From: Octopus vulgaris | Lineage: Eukaryota | Assembly (NCBI GenBank): GCA_951406725.2 | Contig: OX597815.1 | Coordinates: 118,296,001 to 118,360,000, forward strand | Length of the DNA: 64,000 nucleotides | Direction of reading: 5' to 3' | Shown: in pieces, positions 1 to 13,379 of the stretch | Numbering within the stretch: position 1 is the stretch's first letter | Layout: each line of letters begins with the position of its first letter | Notes under the pieces: model-generated | What the model was told of the DNA's origin: nothing | Database searches by the model: none | What the model saw: only the letters and a program-made list of their open reading frames with translations | Made by a program: the position numbers and the translations under genes

Positions 1-79
1 AAAGATGAGAATTGCTAGTGAACAGTTTGTATTGCTGTAATTTGTAATCGATCTTTACATGTTTCCTGTTTGTTTACTG

Positions 80-750
80 CAACTTTGAAGATACCTTGTG
101 GCAAATTGTTAAAAGTTTGGAAGATGACATCATCATAACAGCCATTCAACATACATTTTGTACTGGGAAAATTGATGAATACATTTTCAGCACCGGTTCA
201 CTGTGGAAGACTATTTTTTCTATGCAAACGTTGACTGTATTTATATTTTACTTTAACAATATTAACAACAACGACGCCAGACAAACTTGATGTTAATGCC
301 TTGTCCCGACTGGTACAAAAGCGAGCGTTGCCTCTGTTCTAAAGGCAAATTAGCGTCTTCCGCGTAAATGGAGACTTCTCAATCTGAACACCCTCAGATA
401 GCATAATAATGAGCTAGACAGTTCGGCAAATAATGCTTTGGGGAACTCATTGACAACATGCAATTAGCTGCAACCATTTGGTGCTTGCATTTCAGAAATC
501 AAACACCGGAAATGTCAAGATTTCTCAGGCATTAACATCAAGTTTATCTGTCGCCTTTGTTGAAAATATTGCCTAAGTAAAAAATAAATGCAATCAAAGT
601 TAGCATTGTGCAAATAGTTTTCCACGATGAACCGGTGCTTAAGATTATTCATCAGTTTTTCCAGTACAAATGTATGCTGAGTGGCTGTTATGATGATGAC
701 GTCATCCAAACTATTAACAGTTTGCATATAATATTTTCAAATTATCAAAT
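80..750. repeat. Diverged long inverted repeat (fold-back/MITE-like), arms ~80-301 and ~527-750
   Basis: GATGACATCATCATAACAGCCATTCAACATAC...AAACTTGATGTTAATGCC is matched in reverse complement by GGCATTAACATCAAGTTT...GTATGCTGAGTGGCTGTTATGATGATGACGTCATC. ORFs 96..290+ and 515..727- begin with near-identical peptides. Confidence 0.85.
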
Positions 751-900
751 TATTGTATCAATAAATATATTCATGGGGTACAAGACAACGTAACTTGTTG
801 AATATTAAAATAATAAAATTGTATATGTATGCATTTGTGTGTTTGCATTTATAAAATATATATACACCTATGTATGTATGTGTGTATGTATGTATGTATG

Positions 901-954
<54 letters not shown>

Positions 955-957
<3 letters not shown>

Positions 958-1514
958 TACATAAATTGGACATGGGCGATCGTTGTATTCTTTATTGTCT
1001 TGAGGTTCACAGCCAAACGGCTGGGTGGATTCATGTGAAAAAAACTTTTCTAATGGAATTCCCCTGTTTGTTCTGCCATTAAAACAACCAGTTGCTCACA
1101 CAGCCGGTATATACCATTTCGCTAGCAACAAAGGGAGTACAGGATGACAGTCAGCCAAAACTTTCGCTATGTTGTCTCTCTTCTTTCACCTCTTTCTGGG
1201 GTTAATAATCTTCATCTTTAGTTACAGTTTCTCATTCAAACTACATAACAGGCAGAATTGTCGGATTAAGACAGTAGGGTGTTTTGAGGGAGATTTGGCT
1301 GCTATTTCTTCCAGGCCTAGCTGCCATGTAGAGGTCTGAACTTAATTTTCATTCACATATTTGCATTTCAAAAATTTAACATAATTTTTTCCATAAATCA
1401 ACAATTGTAAAAATTTTATACGAATAACGAAACTCTGTTATAGATTATGCCTAATCGAAAACGATCACAGCCACATCATCCAAACAGACCGGGTGAAACC
1501 GGGCTTAGCTGCTA

Positions 1515-1515
<1 letters not shown>
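955..1515 (+). mobile_element. Non-autonomous Helitron-like element
   Basis: Begins A|TC and ends in a CCGG-gtgaaa-CCGG hairpin followed by GCTGCTAG|T, inside a (TA)n tract. These are canonical Helitron termini. Confidence 0.55.
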
Positions 1516-1567
<52 letters not shown>

Positions 1568-1771
1568 TATATATATATAAATGCGAATGGTTCTGTTAAG
1601 CAATGCCGATTTTTACAATTCTGTAAATAATAATTATAATAATAATGATAGTATTTTATAAGCTAAAATATTATAGCGATCATCACGAAATGACTAAAGT
1701 CTAACAATGCGACATATAAGCACTCGAAAACGTGATTTTTCTGTCGAGGGCTTAATGTCGCATTGTTAGAC

Positions 1772-1974
<203 letters not shown>

Positions 1975-2029
1975 CATACATACATACATACATACATACA
2001 TACATACATACATACATACATACATACAT

Positions 2030-2220
2030 AGGCAAGTGTCTACTTTTATAGCTTCGGGCCAATCAAAGCCATGAGAGTGGAGTTAGTATGTGTGTGTGTA
2101 TTTGTCCCCACCATCGCTTGACAACCGGTGTTAGTGTTTACATCTCCGTAACATAGCGGTTCGGCAAAAACCGATAGAATAGGTATCAAGCTTTAAAAAA
2201 TAAGTACTGGGATTAATTTT
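2030..2220 (+). mobile_element. Truncated tRNA-derived SINE (family of 18238-18650)
   Basis: GGCAAGTGTC...GCTTGACAACCGGTG...AGCGGTTCGGCAAAA...GATAGAAT matches the full copy. Confidence 0.75.
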
Positions 2221-2252
2221 TAAGCTTATAAAATATTATTATTATTATTATT

Positions 2253-3335
2253 CTATGTTTGACTTTTGCTTTATATTTGTACAAGTTGGCTCCAAGTCTC
2301 ACCCAGAGACCTCAAGAGACAACAGGTTGGAAGTTCATGTTGTTGTTATGCCTAGTGTGCCATATATTGGGGAGGGGGGAGTTTTTGGTGTTATATTAAT
2401 GAATGTCTAAAAAAAAAATTTTTTTTTTTTTTAAACCGAAAATTATGTTTGTTTTAAACCTTGAGATTACATAGAAAGTATTTTGCGTAGGATATGAGCA
2501 GTTCCCATGAGCACTATCTTTTGAATTTCTGCCATTTTTGGGATTCCTGGTATCTGAGTTAGGTAGCTATCAGCCCCTTTTGCTATCATTCCCAGGTCAC
2601 CTATGACAACAGGTATTGTTTTAGTCTTCAGGTTCCACATTTTGCTGATTTCTATTTCAAGATCTTTATATTTGCTCAGTTTTTGGTAGGTCTTGACAGA
2701 TACGTTTATATCGATTGGGACAGTCATATCAATGAGGAGGCATGTTCTTTGTTTGAAGTCTTTCAATATGATGTCTGGCTTATTTGCATCTATCTTTCTG
2801 TCAGTTTGAATGGTGAAGTTCCAGAGGAGTGAGATGTGGTCATTTTCAAGCACTGGGGGTGGTTTGTGTTCCCACCAGTTTTTTTCATGGGGCAAATCCA
2901 GGTTTTTGCAGATTACCCAGTGAATATATTGTGCAGCTCTATCGTGTCTGTTGAGATACTCTGTAGGCGCTAGAAGACTGCACTTGGAGACCACATGGTC
3001 AATGGTTTCATTTTGTTGCTGGCATACACGACACGTTGGACTGCTTCTGATCTTTAATATGTTGGCCTGGTAGTTTCTTGTTGGTAGGCATTGATCTTGA
3101 GCTGCTATGATAAACCCCTCTGTTTCAGATTTTAAGCCAGAGGCCATTAGCCATTGATGGGTCAGGGCTTTGTCAACATCTGCATTATTTGCTCTCTTTG
3201 GGTATTTGCCATAGAGAGGTTTTTCTTGCCATTTATCATTCAGAATATCTAAGGCCGCAGATTTAGCACGGGTTTTCGTTCGCTTAGCTTTTTCTGTGCC
3301 TGTTTCTTGTATGTCTATCTCTAATTCCGAAATTG
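2253..3335 (-). mobile_element. 5'-truncated R4/Dong-clade non-LTR retrotransposon inserted in (TAA)n
   Basis: Encodes a CCHC knuckle and RLE endonuclease, followed by a 3' UTR. Both ends are flanked by (TAA)n in element sense. Confidence 0.9.
2467..3333 (-). CDS. C-terminal part of R4/Dong ORF: CCHC zinc knuckle + restriction-like endonuclease (PD-D/ExK)
   Basis: CRVC..ETIDHVVSKC, RHD, KPDII..LLIDMTVP..K..KY. The frame stays open upstream of the listed Met (WQEKPLYGKY...HQWL) to the truncation point. Confidence 0.85.
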   Translation of the reverse strand: MSELEIDIQETGTEKAKRTKTRAKSAALDILNDKWQEKPLYGKYPKRANNADVDKALTHQWLMASGLKSETEGFIIAAQDQCLPTRNYQANILKIRSSPTCRVCQQQNETIDHVVSKCSLLAPTEYLNRHDRAAQYIHWVICKNLDLPHEKNWWEHKPPPVLENDHISLLWNFTIQTDRKIDANKPDIILKDFKQRTCLLIDMTVPIDINVSVKTYQKLSKYKDLEIEISKMWNLKTKTIPVVIGDLGMIAKGADSYLTQIPGIPKMAEIQKIVLMGTAHILRKILSM

Positions 3336-3640
<305 letters not shown>

Positions 3641-4036
3641 CTACAGGATATATATATATACTAAACTAATATTTTAGTACTATCACTAGATGTTTTCAGT
3701 CAACCATGTGAGCCTTAACTTACAACACTAAACATTGTCACTTGATATTAACACACGGACGTAGAGGGTAACCTACAAAAATTTCTAAGACCAGTCATGT
3801 GACTATCCTCTACCAATCAAACCCTATTCAAATAATTTGAGCCCTGAACATATAAAAACAGGGCAAGCTTCAAACACTAGTCATAAGAAAACAGCTGCGA
3901 CATAAGCCATCTCTTTTTACTTCAATCATTTGAAAATCAGTGTAAAGTGTGAAACCGGTTAAATCTTTAAATATAATAATAAAAAAATATTTTAACTATT
4001 CTTAGTGCATTTTCAACTTCTATTTTTCCTAGATAT

Positions 4037-4138
<102 letters not shown>

Positions 4139-4169
4139 GGCTGGATAGATAGATATTGTTGTTTGTTAC

Positions 4170-4457
4170 TTTTCGAACTATAACTGGCTCATAAGGGCCA
4201 ATTTCCCGGTTTCATTGGCGTATAGGTTCCCCACCTGAATGGGACGCCCCTCAATTGCAGGTGCGCTGCTAGATGCAGGAGAAAATATGAAAGTTGTGTC
4301 AAAAGAGTCAGCAGAACTTCGCCATTACCTTCTGGCAGAGCTGCGTGGAGCTTATGTGTTTCGCCCATGAACATACACATCGCCCGATCTGAGATTCGAC
4401 GCCGCGATCCCTCGACTGCGAGTCCACTGCTCTAACCACTAGACCATGTGCCTCCAC
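4170..4457 (-). mobile_element. tRNA-derived SINE (family also at 35937-36058 and 58145-58445)
   Basis: Minus strand reads GGCACATGGTCTAGTGGTTAGAGCAG...TCGAATCTCAGATCGGGCG, with A/B boxes followed by a non-tRNA body. Confidence 0.85.
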
Positions 4458-5499
4458 ACACCCTCACATAAACACAAGCTCGCATATATTAACGATTGTT
4501 TTAATACTAAGTTACAATAAATACAATCTAGTATTGAACCGAAGTATTACTCAAATCTTTTTCTAGAGTTGTTTATTACACTTTTACAATTGGTGCAACA
4601 GTGATTTAGAAGTTTCGGCATGTATGCCGAATGTATGTATATATATATATTATATGTATATATGCTTATGAATGTGTATGTATTTTATTTATTTGAGGAG
4701 TCTACCATGGTGCTTGACCTCTATTGTCAACGAAACAATTCTTATATAATAATATCAACAACAACGACGGCGACGACCGCAACAATGACAACAAAATAAA
4801 ATGAGGTTAGAAATACGGTATGAAAAAAAATGTCGTACAGCATAATATCATTGGGTTTTCTCGCTATTAATACCAAAGGAAGGATATCCGCTGGTTGCTG
4901 ATAATTTGCAATGAAACGCTACTGTAATTACTCGTCGTGCCATTTTCAACATGTACGTAGACTTGGCTCTCAGCAACTGGTCATGTAAATTGAACTTTTG
5001 CAATACATAAATATGATGCAGCATTGCATGTTCTGAAATATTAAATGAAGGTGCTTAACTCAGTTAAAAGCTATTTAAATTCATGTGAAATGACTTTTAA
5101 TCTATGCAACATTTTCCTCACAAATCGCATTTATCTACTTAGCGTCTGTAAAAAAATTAATTTACTTTGCTTCACAGAATTTACTGCTGTAAATTACGTA
5201 ATTTGCTTTTGCTTTAAAAAAAAAAACTCTTACGATAAATCATGTTCTGCTTGTCATTCTTATTATTTAGAAAAGGTCAGTGTTTTGTAATAACATGGAC
5301 AATTAACCTTTTTTTTTTCTGCTATAAATTTACCGCTGTCAAGACAAAAGTAATCGCCCTAAAAATGCACTGTAAATGTGAATGTACAAATTATAACAAA
5401 GAATAATGGTTTCCCTTGAATTATAAAACAATACACAACACAATGTTTATATTTTTTTCAAACCGTTGTTTGTTATCATATGTAATACAATTGATTTAA

Positions 5500-5700
5500 A
5501 TTTTAGCAGGCCAGCAATTTTTGGGGGACGACGAGCTGATTACATCCACCTTAGTACGTGACTGGTACATTATTTTACTGATCTCGAAAGGATGAAAGGC
5601 GAAGTTGATCTTCCTAGGACTGGAGCTCAGAACACAAAGAGGTGGAAGAAATGCCGTCAAGTAATTCTGCGAGGAGCTAGCGATTCTGTCAACTCATCGT
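5500..5700 (-). mobile_element. Diverged SINE with GCCTTTCATCCTTTCG core (Meta/MESC-like)
   Basis: CGAAAGGATGAAAGGC on the + strand is the core shared with copies at 28.5-30.4 kb, 32.7 kb, 48.3 kb and 59.2 kb. Confidence 0.75.
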
Positions 5701-6059
5701 CTTCTGTCCTGTGAAATATAATACCGTGTAGTTGTTACGTAACCATACACGTCAAACTTTAATTTTGTTGCAAGCCGGATGTTTAAGAATGCTAGTACGA
5801 ATAATTCGTAACACGCAATAACGTATGACTTGGTAGAATGTATCATGCTTTCACCTATTATTTTAGGTAACTGTATAGTGTCGAGTAGACATAGACAACC
5901 TCTCAGACCACAACCTCACTTGACACAGAGGAACATCGAGGATGAAAGTAAATAGCTGTGCCAACACTCTGTCTGTAAATGTGTATCAAACACACACACA
6001 CACAAATATATATATATGTATAGACACGCATGCATACACACAAATGCGCATACCAAACT

Positions 6060-6280
6060 ACTTAGAGCTTAGGGTGTTCTGGCGATCGTGAGTGCAATTC
6101 CAAGCCCAAGTGGCTCGTTGTGTTCTTGAGCAAAACACTGCATCTCACGTTGCTTTGCGATCACTTCGACACATGACACGTGGCACACTGTACATCTGTT
6201 CAGACAATGTCAATTTGGTAGAGGGAGTGAGCTAATGTGCGGCGCGAACATTTCATTACTATAAACAAATCATTTGTGCT
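6060..6280 (+). mobile_element. Diverged SINE with GTTGTGTTCTTGAGCAAAACACT (V-domain-like) core
   Basis: The same core is present at 62240-62280 on the minus strand. Confidence 0.6.
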
Positions 6281-7432
6281 ATATATATATATATATATAT
6301 ATATAAACATCTTTACAAATATACATAAACACACATATTTACGTATGTGAGTGTACTGTGCACCTATCTGAGTGCATGTATATACATATTTACATACATA
6401 TTTACATATATTTTTGAAGACATCAAAATCGGTTGTTCTGTAAGGTAAGTGTTGGGGATACGAAGAGCATCTGGTCGCAAGATCCTGCCTCAAGTATGTA
6501 CATGATCAACACATACAAGCGTGGAAAAAAAGAATATTATTGAAAGAACAAAGGTATGTAATACATATGTGGGTATTTATGTAATAATGCTCATACAATC
6601 GAACTTTGGTAAGTTACAATTCATCAGACCTTACAAACACAACTTTTATGATGCATAATAATATAAGAGAAAGACGATAAGTATCTACTTTGTTGTATGA
6701 GAAACCCAAATCTATTCTATTTCACTAATGTCGTCTCGATATCGTCTGTTCGTCTGTTCGTGATCTTGCATAACACATCCCGCTCGCAACAACACTCATC
6801 TTTGTTGTCCTCGTGACAATTCTATCCTTTTGGGATTGTACGTATTTCTGCAACCTTAAAATGTCAACCGTCTTAAGAATTTTATCTTCTCAATAATTTG
6901 TATAATATTCATGCGCTGCTTCATCTGACCTTGTTTCAAACGGCAGACTGACGTTCCTTACTCTAGCTAGAGTAAGCATTATACATTATTGCCTTCATCT
7001 GTACTTTCTTCTTTTCTTATTCTTACACATAAATCACATTAGATGTTTCTTTTTTCATATTTCTTTTGTGTCCAAATGCAAAATCTAATTGTTGATATTC
7101 TCTTTCAAGTCATTGGCAGTGTGCATGGTTTTTTTCCTCTTTACTTTCTCTAAACTTTTAATGCCTATTGTTAAACAGTCACATTGTAACCAAAGGCTAG
7201 CTATGTATCTTTTGGAGCATTGTTCGTAATCAACACTCACGTGTCATCTTAACCCAGTTTAAATTATGTGCACATACCTACTGTGATACCACCTTTCTCC
7301 CTAAGCATACACACACGCGCGCACACACAAACACATGCATACACATATATATACGAATATATATATATACGAATATATATATATACGAATATATATATAC
7401 GTATATATGTATATATATACGGTACATATATA

Positions 7433-7481
<49 letters not shown>

Positions 7482-7494
7482 TATATATACTGTA

Positions 7495-7526
<32 letters not shown>

Positions 7527-7575
7527 CATACAGAATATATATATACTGTGCATATATATGTATATGTATATATAC

Positions 7576-7628
<53 letters not shown>

Positions 7629-7651
7629 GCATTTGTGCGTGTATCTATCTA

Positions 7652-7714
<63 letters not shown>

Positions 7715-7924
7715 ATGCATGTATGTATATGAAATAATAGTTTCTTTAATTGGATCTCGAAGTAAATACAATTCTATAAAAATAGCATATTAGTTTGAAA
7801 AACTCTTTTGGGTAGCAAAAATCAAAGGCTTCTCTCTAGAAGGGGTTTTCAACTCAATATTTCTTCTGATGTCGTCTATCAATCATGTATGTATGTATGT
7901 ACGTACGCATGTATGTATGCATGA

Positions 7925-8522
7925 ATGATAACATATCATAATAATATATGCACTCAGATTTAAAGCGTTTTTTTTTATATAAACAACTGACTGAAAAATG
8001 ATGAGCTAACCCAAGCCAGAATCGAACCCACATATCAACGCTATCACGGCTCCATGTGCATCCGATTGGGCCAAACGTTCACCCATCAATTTCAGCCAAA
8101 TTTTATGAATATATACTTTAAGTCTCCAATACTATATATAATATTTCAAAACAAACCCGAAGGTTTTGTAAGTTTCGGAGATAGAGCGACTATGGAAGCC
8201 ATTTAGTACAACAATAACTTCGGGTTTGTTTATAGATATTATATGTAGTATTGGACAGTTTAAGTATATTCATAAAATTTGGTTGAAATTGATGGGTGAG
8301 CGTTTGGCTCTATCAGATGTACATGGAACCGTGTTAGCGTTAATATGTGGGTTCGATTCTGGTCTGGGTTAGCACGTCATTTTTCAGTCAATTGTTTATA
8401 TAAAAAATGTCGCTTTAAATCGGAGTATATATATTATTATGATATATTATTATATAGTTATTATTGTACTAAGAGACTTTCATAGTTGCTCTGTCTTCGT
8501 AACTTATAAAGCCTTCGGGTTT
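7925..8522. mobile_element. Head-to-head pair of a ~295-nt unit with tRNA-like Pol III promoter, copies circularly permuted
   Basis: 7925-8162 is the reverse complement of 8219-8455, and 8160-8219 is the reverse complement of 8456-8518. A box TGGCCCAATCGG and B box GGTTCGATTC are present. Confidence 0.8.
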
Positions 8523-8571
8523 ATATATATGTGTGTGTTTGTGTGTGTGTGTATATATATATAGAGAGAGG

Positions 8572-10170
8572 AGAGAACGAGAAATGCTTAGAGGAACAAA
8601 TGCCACTATACCAGGTCTTCATAGATTTAACTAAGGCATTTGACACGGTAAACAGAGAGGCACTGTGGATTGTTTTGTGTAAACTTGGTTGCCCAACACA
8701 TTTTGTGGGCATCTTTAAGGAACTACACAGAAACATGAAAGCTCAGGAATTTTCAGTAGACAATGGTGTCAAACGGGGAGATATTCCTACCCCTATACTT
8801 TTCTCTATTTATTTTGCAGCATTGCTTTGGTATGCTTTCAAGGATTGCAACAGGGGAATTGGAATCAGATTTCGGACATCTGGTCGTATTTTTAATTTGA
8901 TCCGGTTTAATTGCAAAGCAAAGACTTTCAAAAGACTTGTTAGAGAATTACTTTATGCTGATGATGCTAATTTGTTGGCACACTCAGAGGGGGATATGCA
9001 ACATTTAATGGACAGATTTTCCACTGCATGTGTACATTTTGGACTCACAATTAGTCTTGGGAAAACCAAAATAGTGTTTACTCCCGTGCCAGGACAAAAA
9101 TATTCTGAACCTAATATGTGAATGGAACAAGGTTAGAAGTCGTTAACACCTTTGTTTACCTAGGAAGCACACTGTCAAAAGATGGTAATCTTGATGTAGA
9201 GATATATTATTAAATAGGGAAGGGAAGTGTTGCATTTGGAAAGCTAGAAAAGCGAGTATGGGCGGAAAGAGGTATTTCCCTGTAGACAAAAATCGGTGTC
9301 TATAAAGCGTGTGTATTGTCTGCACTTCTTTATTCAAGTGAGACATGGACCACTTACAAGCGATTTCATGAAAAGTGTATCAGACGTATCTTAGGAGACA
9401 AGTGGGAATGTTTTATACTAGATACAGAGGTTTTGCGCATGGCATGTTGCAGTTCAATTGAACAACATGTTATCTTGGTTAAAATGAGATGGACTGAACA
9501 TGTTATTAGAATGAAATACGAGCATTTGCCAAAGAGTCTTTTTTATGGTAAGCTCAACTTTGGTAAGCGACCACAACATAACCCGAGGAAAAGGTATAAA
9601 GACTATGTGAAGGAAAACCTAAAGAAACTAGATATGAACAAAAGTGATTGGGAAAATGATGTTCTAGATCGGAACAAGTGGAAAGGTGCTGTTAGGACTG
9701 GTTGCAATGCCTGAGAGGAAAAGATGATTTAGCACTCTGAATTTCAAAGAGCCTCTTCCAAAAGAACAATTGGAACTGTAATCAACAGGGAACATTGGAT
9801 ATGTATTATATGTGACAGTGTTCTGTTGTCAAAAGCAGGATACGTGAATCATATGAAGTCACATGAAAATCGTAATGTCCTGATAGGTAATGATCTTGGA
9901 CACCAACTGCCTCTTACGACTTGAGTCGAATGTCAAAAAACTTTAGGACAATGTGTGGACTTAAAAGACATATGCTAGTTTACAATAACATTCCTTTAGA
10001 ATCGGAAGAAACTTGAATAATATGTCATTTGTGTTTTAAACCCAGTCAAACAGCAGCTGGTGTTAAAAGTTATCTAAGGGCTCATCAACGGAGTCATTGT
10101 ACTGTGGGATGGAGTGTGGTTTGTATATTGATGGGGCGGTTATCATCTGTCAAGATGAAGCAATCATCAT
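8572..10170 (+). mobile_element. 5'-truncated, frameshifted RTE-clade (BovB-like) LINE
   Basis: RT motifs FIDLTKAFDTVNR, GVKRGD and LLYADD, followed by LLYSSETW and RWTEHVIRM, C-terminal CCHH fingers and a 3' tail into microsatellite. Confidence 0.92.
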
Positions 10171-10186
10171 ATACATACACACACAC

Positions 10187-10259
<73 letters not shown>

Positions 10260-12254
10260 CTTATATATACACATATGTACACACACGCACACAAACACAT
10301 ACGCACACACACACACACACACACACACACGGACTTTATGCATATTATAATATTCTGTTTTCAGAATCATATTTATAAAACACACGAAAGCAATTTAGGC
10401 GGCTACAGTAATGAAATTTTGGTGTTGTTGAATAAGAATATACTTGTTTCATTATCTGATCATATCTTAGAGTTTGGTAACTCACTTATGTAGAAAGTAA
10501 ACTTTTGTAACCTGTTGATAGTTAAATATTTCTGAAAATCTTGTTGAAAATTGCATGGTACTAATAGGTTGTTTACTACGCTAAGCGTCGAAGATCACGG
10601 CTTCTAGTTCAATTAATACAGAGGGACGCATTTATTAATACTATCCTTCTTTAAGTTCCAAATATATTTAGTCATTGATGTGGTGAGGTGTCTTTCTGAG
10701 AGTTTGAGTATATACATATATAGCGAAAGTGATTTTTAAAAGGTCTTTATTAAGTTACTGTAAAAGGAAAATTCGTTTTTAACATCCCAGATAATAATGT
10801 CAGTGTGTATATACTTCTACGCGCGCGCGCACACACACACACATACATTTGTTGCTCTTAGAGTCACCATTTTATCACGGCTAACTGAAGGAAGGTGCTT
10901 TCATGAAACGTAGAAGCCTAGAGTTTCGGCCAAATGGCGACAAAATCAAATAATGTGTTTGTGTATATATGCACAAATAATTATCTATGCACGTATATGT
11001 CTATGCATATATGCACACACATATATTACACTCATACTTACACATACACCTACACACACACACAAACACAAGCACATACACACAAACACAAATACATACA
11101 CACACACACACATTGCTCCATCTTCACGGATGATTGTCGTCTCCTTGTGCTTCATCTTTGTCAATGACGTTTCCGACGTTTCGACAATGAACTCTTAGAA
11201 TATTTAATCTCGTTGCAGAACGGCATGATTTGAAGCATAGGTGACTGACAAAAGTTGCTGCTGTGCGCTTCCAACTGGTAGGTATGCACATGTCGTCACA
11301 CTTTCAACGCTATGGGACTTTCAGTAGATGGGGTGATAAAAGAGGTCACCAGAAAGAGTCAAATGTGCGTCATTGGCTTATCGTAGTAAACTCTTGTAAA
11401 ACACAAGAGGCACTCTATGAGATTCCGTGATTAGTAACGAATGACAAATCGAAGAAACGAGATGACCGGCAAGTAAATAAACTGCAGGTTTTATATCAGA
11501 TTGTCCTTCACCTGGAAGGATGCTATGACAACAATTAAGGAGCCCCTCACAAACGTTGGTTTTACTGCGCACCCTGACACCAACCAAAGGTACGACTTAC
11601 TCTCCGCGGTAAGATGGATTGCTATCATATTTGCTATTTAACACACAACTGAAACCATAACAAGTGTTACTACTCCGGATCAGAGTAGACCTATGAACAA
11701 TAGTGACGAAGAAGTGGTTCCACTTGGAACTCCCAAACCAGAGTCCCACTACCGGATACAATTTAAATTGATAACCAACCACCACACACACATACACACA
11801 AATATATATATATATATATATATATCCTCCCATACACCACACATATACAACAGACATACATGCACATATACACACACATACTTCCACACACATACACCCA
11901 CACCCACACATATGCGCGTACACACTTACACACTAGCACAGGTTCGCACATATACCTCCAACACACAATTATACACACATGGGCACAAACACACACGCAC
12001 ATACACGCACACACGCACGTAAGCACACGCACACAAGCACACGCACGCACATACACACATGCGCACATACAAGCACATACGCACACATACACAAAGTAAA
12101 GTATAGTTACTCCCCACACACACAAGCCCAACGCATACACACATACACACACGAACACACACATACATACATATACACACACACACGCACACACTGCAAA
12201 CAAAACACACACACACACACACTACATATACATACACGCACACATACATACTTC

Positions 12255-12765
12255 AACTACCAGTACCTTCCACTGACCATTCTCCTACGCACATGGAGCC
12301 ACTCCTACACACAACAGGAGCCAATCCTACTATAAATTCTTCCTATGACCTTAAACGATACTAAGCCCAACCGAACACATAGATAAACAGCCACAACCAC
12401 ACACACACACACACAGACACACGTGCTATCATTACACACACACGGACTTGCGCGCATGAACATACCTACACATACACACACATACCTCCTTCTCTTGCAC
12501 TCTCCTGTCTTTGAAAGAACTTTTTCTTCGCCCATTCCCTTCCGGTCATTCAATATGTGACCGCGTATGTATCGTTAGCGATTTTCTTTCTCCGTCTTCC
12601 CTTCCATGGACCTTTCCTTTTTCTATGTTTCTGACGAAGAGCTCCGCTCGAGACGTTAAATCCTCCTTCTTTCTTTCCTTTCCTGAGCGTCCAATAACAC
12701 TATACTTGTTCCACGTCCTCACGTTGTTGTATTTTCTCTTTGTTCATGTTTGGATTAACTATATA
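12255..12765 (+). mobile_element. Penelope-like element 3' region/pLTR with hammerhead-like motif
   Basis: C/T-rich tail containing CTGACGAAGAGC-tcc-GCTCGAGACGTT and ending in (TA)n. A second copy of its end lies at 1772-1865. Confidence 0.6.
12628..12660 (+). ncRNA. Minimal type I hammerhead-like motif (GAAA mutated to GAGA)
   Basis: ttt CTGACGA A GAGC tcc GCTC GAGAC GTT aaa; stem I ttt/aaa, stem II GAGC/GCTC. Confidence 0.6.
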
Positions 12766-12776
12766 TATATATATAT

Positions 12777-12959
12777 TCGCCATGATAGATCGCTAGCCAC
12801 TAAAGCTTTTTCTATTTCCTCTCCTTGTTTATTTTAGTTCCTTTCTGTCGAAGAGCGTAGGCTCGAAACGTCAAAGACTTTCTCACTCCCCGAGCGTTAA
12901 ACTAATACATCTGTTTGTTGTTTATACACCCGTCTACGTCTTTTTTTTTGTAGGTTCTC

Positions 12960-12962
<3 letters not shown>
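12777..12962 (+). mobile_element. Short (TA)n-flanked PLE-type cassette with hammerhead-like motif; partial inverse copy at 45420-45510
   Basis: cttt CTGTCGA A GAGC gtag GCTC GAAACGTC aaag at 12841-12876. The downstream sequence recurs in reverse complement at 45420-45510. Confidence 0.65.
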
Positions 12963-13007
<45 letters not shown>

Positions 13008-13193
13008 TATACCAAATTTTGACGTAATTTTAAAAATTTCACAATATATGACAGCAACAGAGAAGACGCTACAAAAGTAGAGAGACAGACATTTATAACA
13101 CCTCACACACAAAGACACACACGTACACACACGCTCACACATTGAGAAACGTACACACAGGTAATCACATGTTTAAAATGGTGTATAGCAGAC

Positions 13194-13224
<31 letters not shown>

Positions 13225-13379
13225 TGTATGTATGTATGTATGTATGTATGTATGTATGTATGTATGTATGTATGTATGTATTAGAATGAAGGATAACAGA
13301 TCCCTAAGCAGATGCTATATGGAAAGAGACCCGGCAGAAACCAAGGCTGTGATTTAAGGACTGTGTCAAATCCTCATTA

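Noticed and set aside
4380-4457. tRNA-like sequences (also 35985-36058, 58375-58445, 8295-8372)
   Set aside because: They are SINE heads or derivatives: no complete cloverleaf, and they continue into repeat bodies.
11165-11200. GAAACGTC repeats on the minus strand as a hammerhead
   Set aside because: No CUGANGA core or stem II is present upstream.
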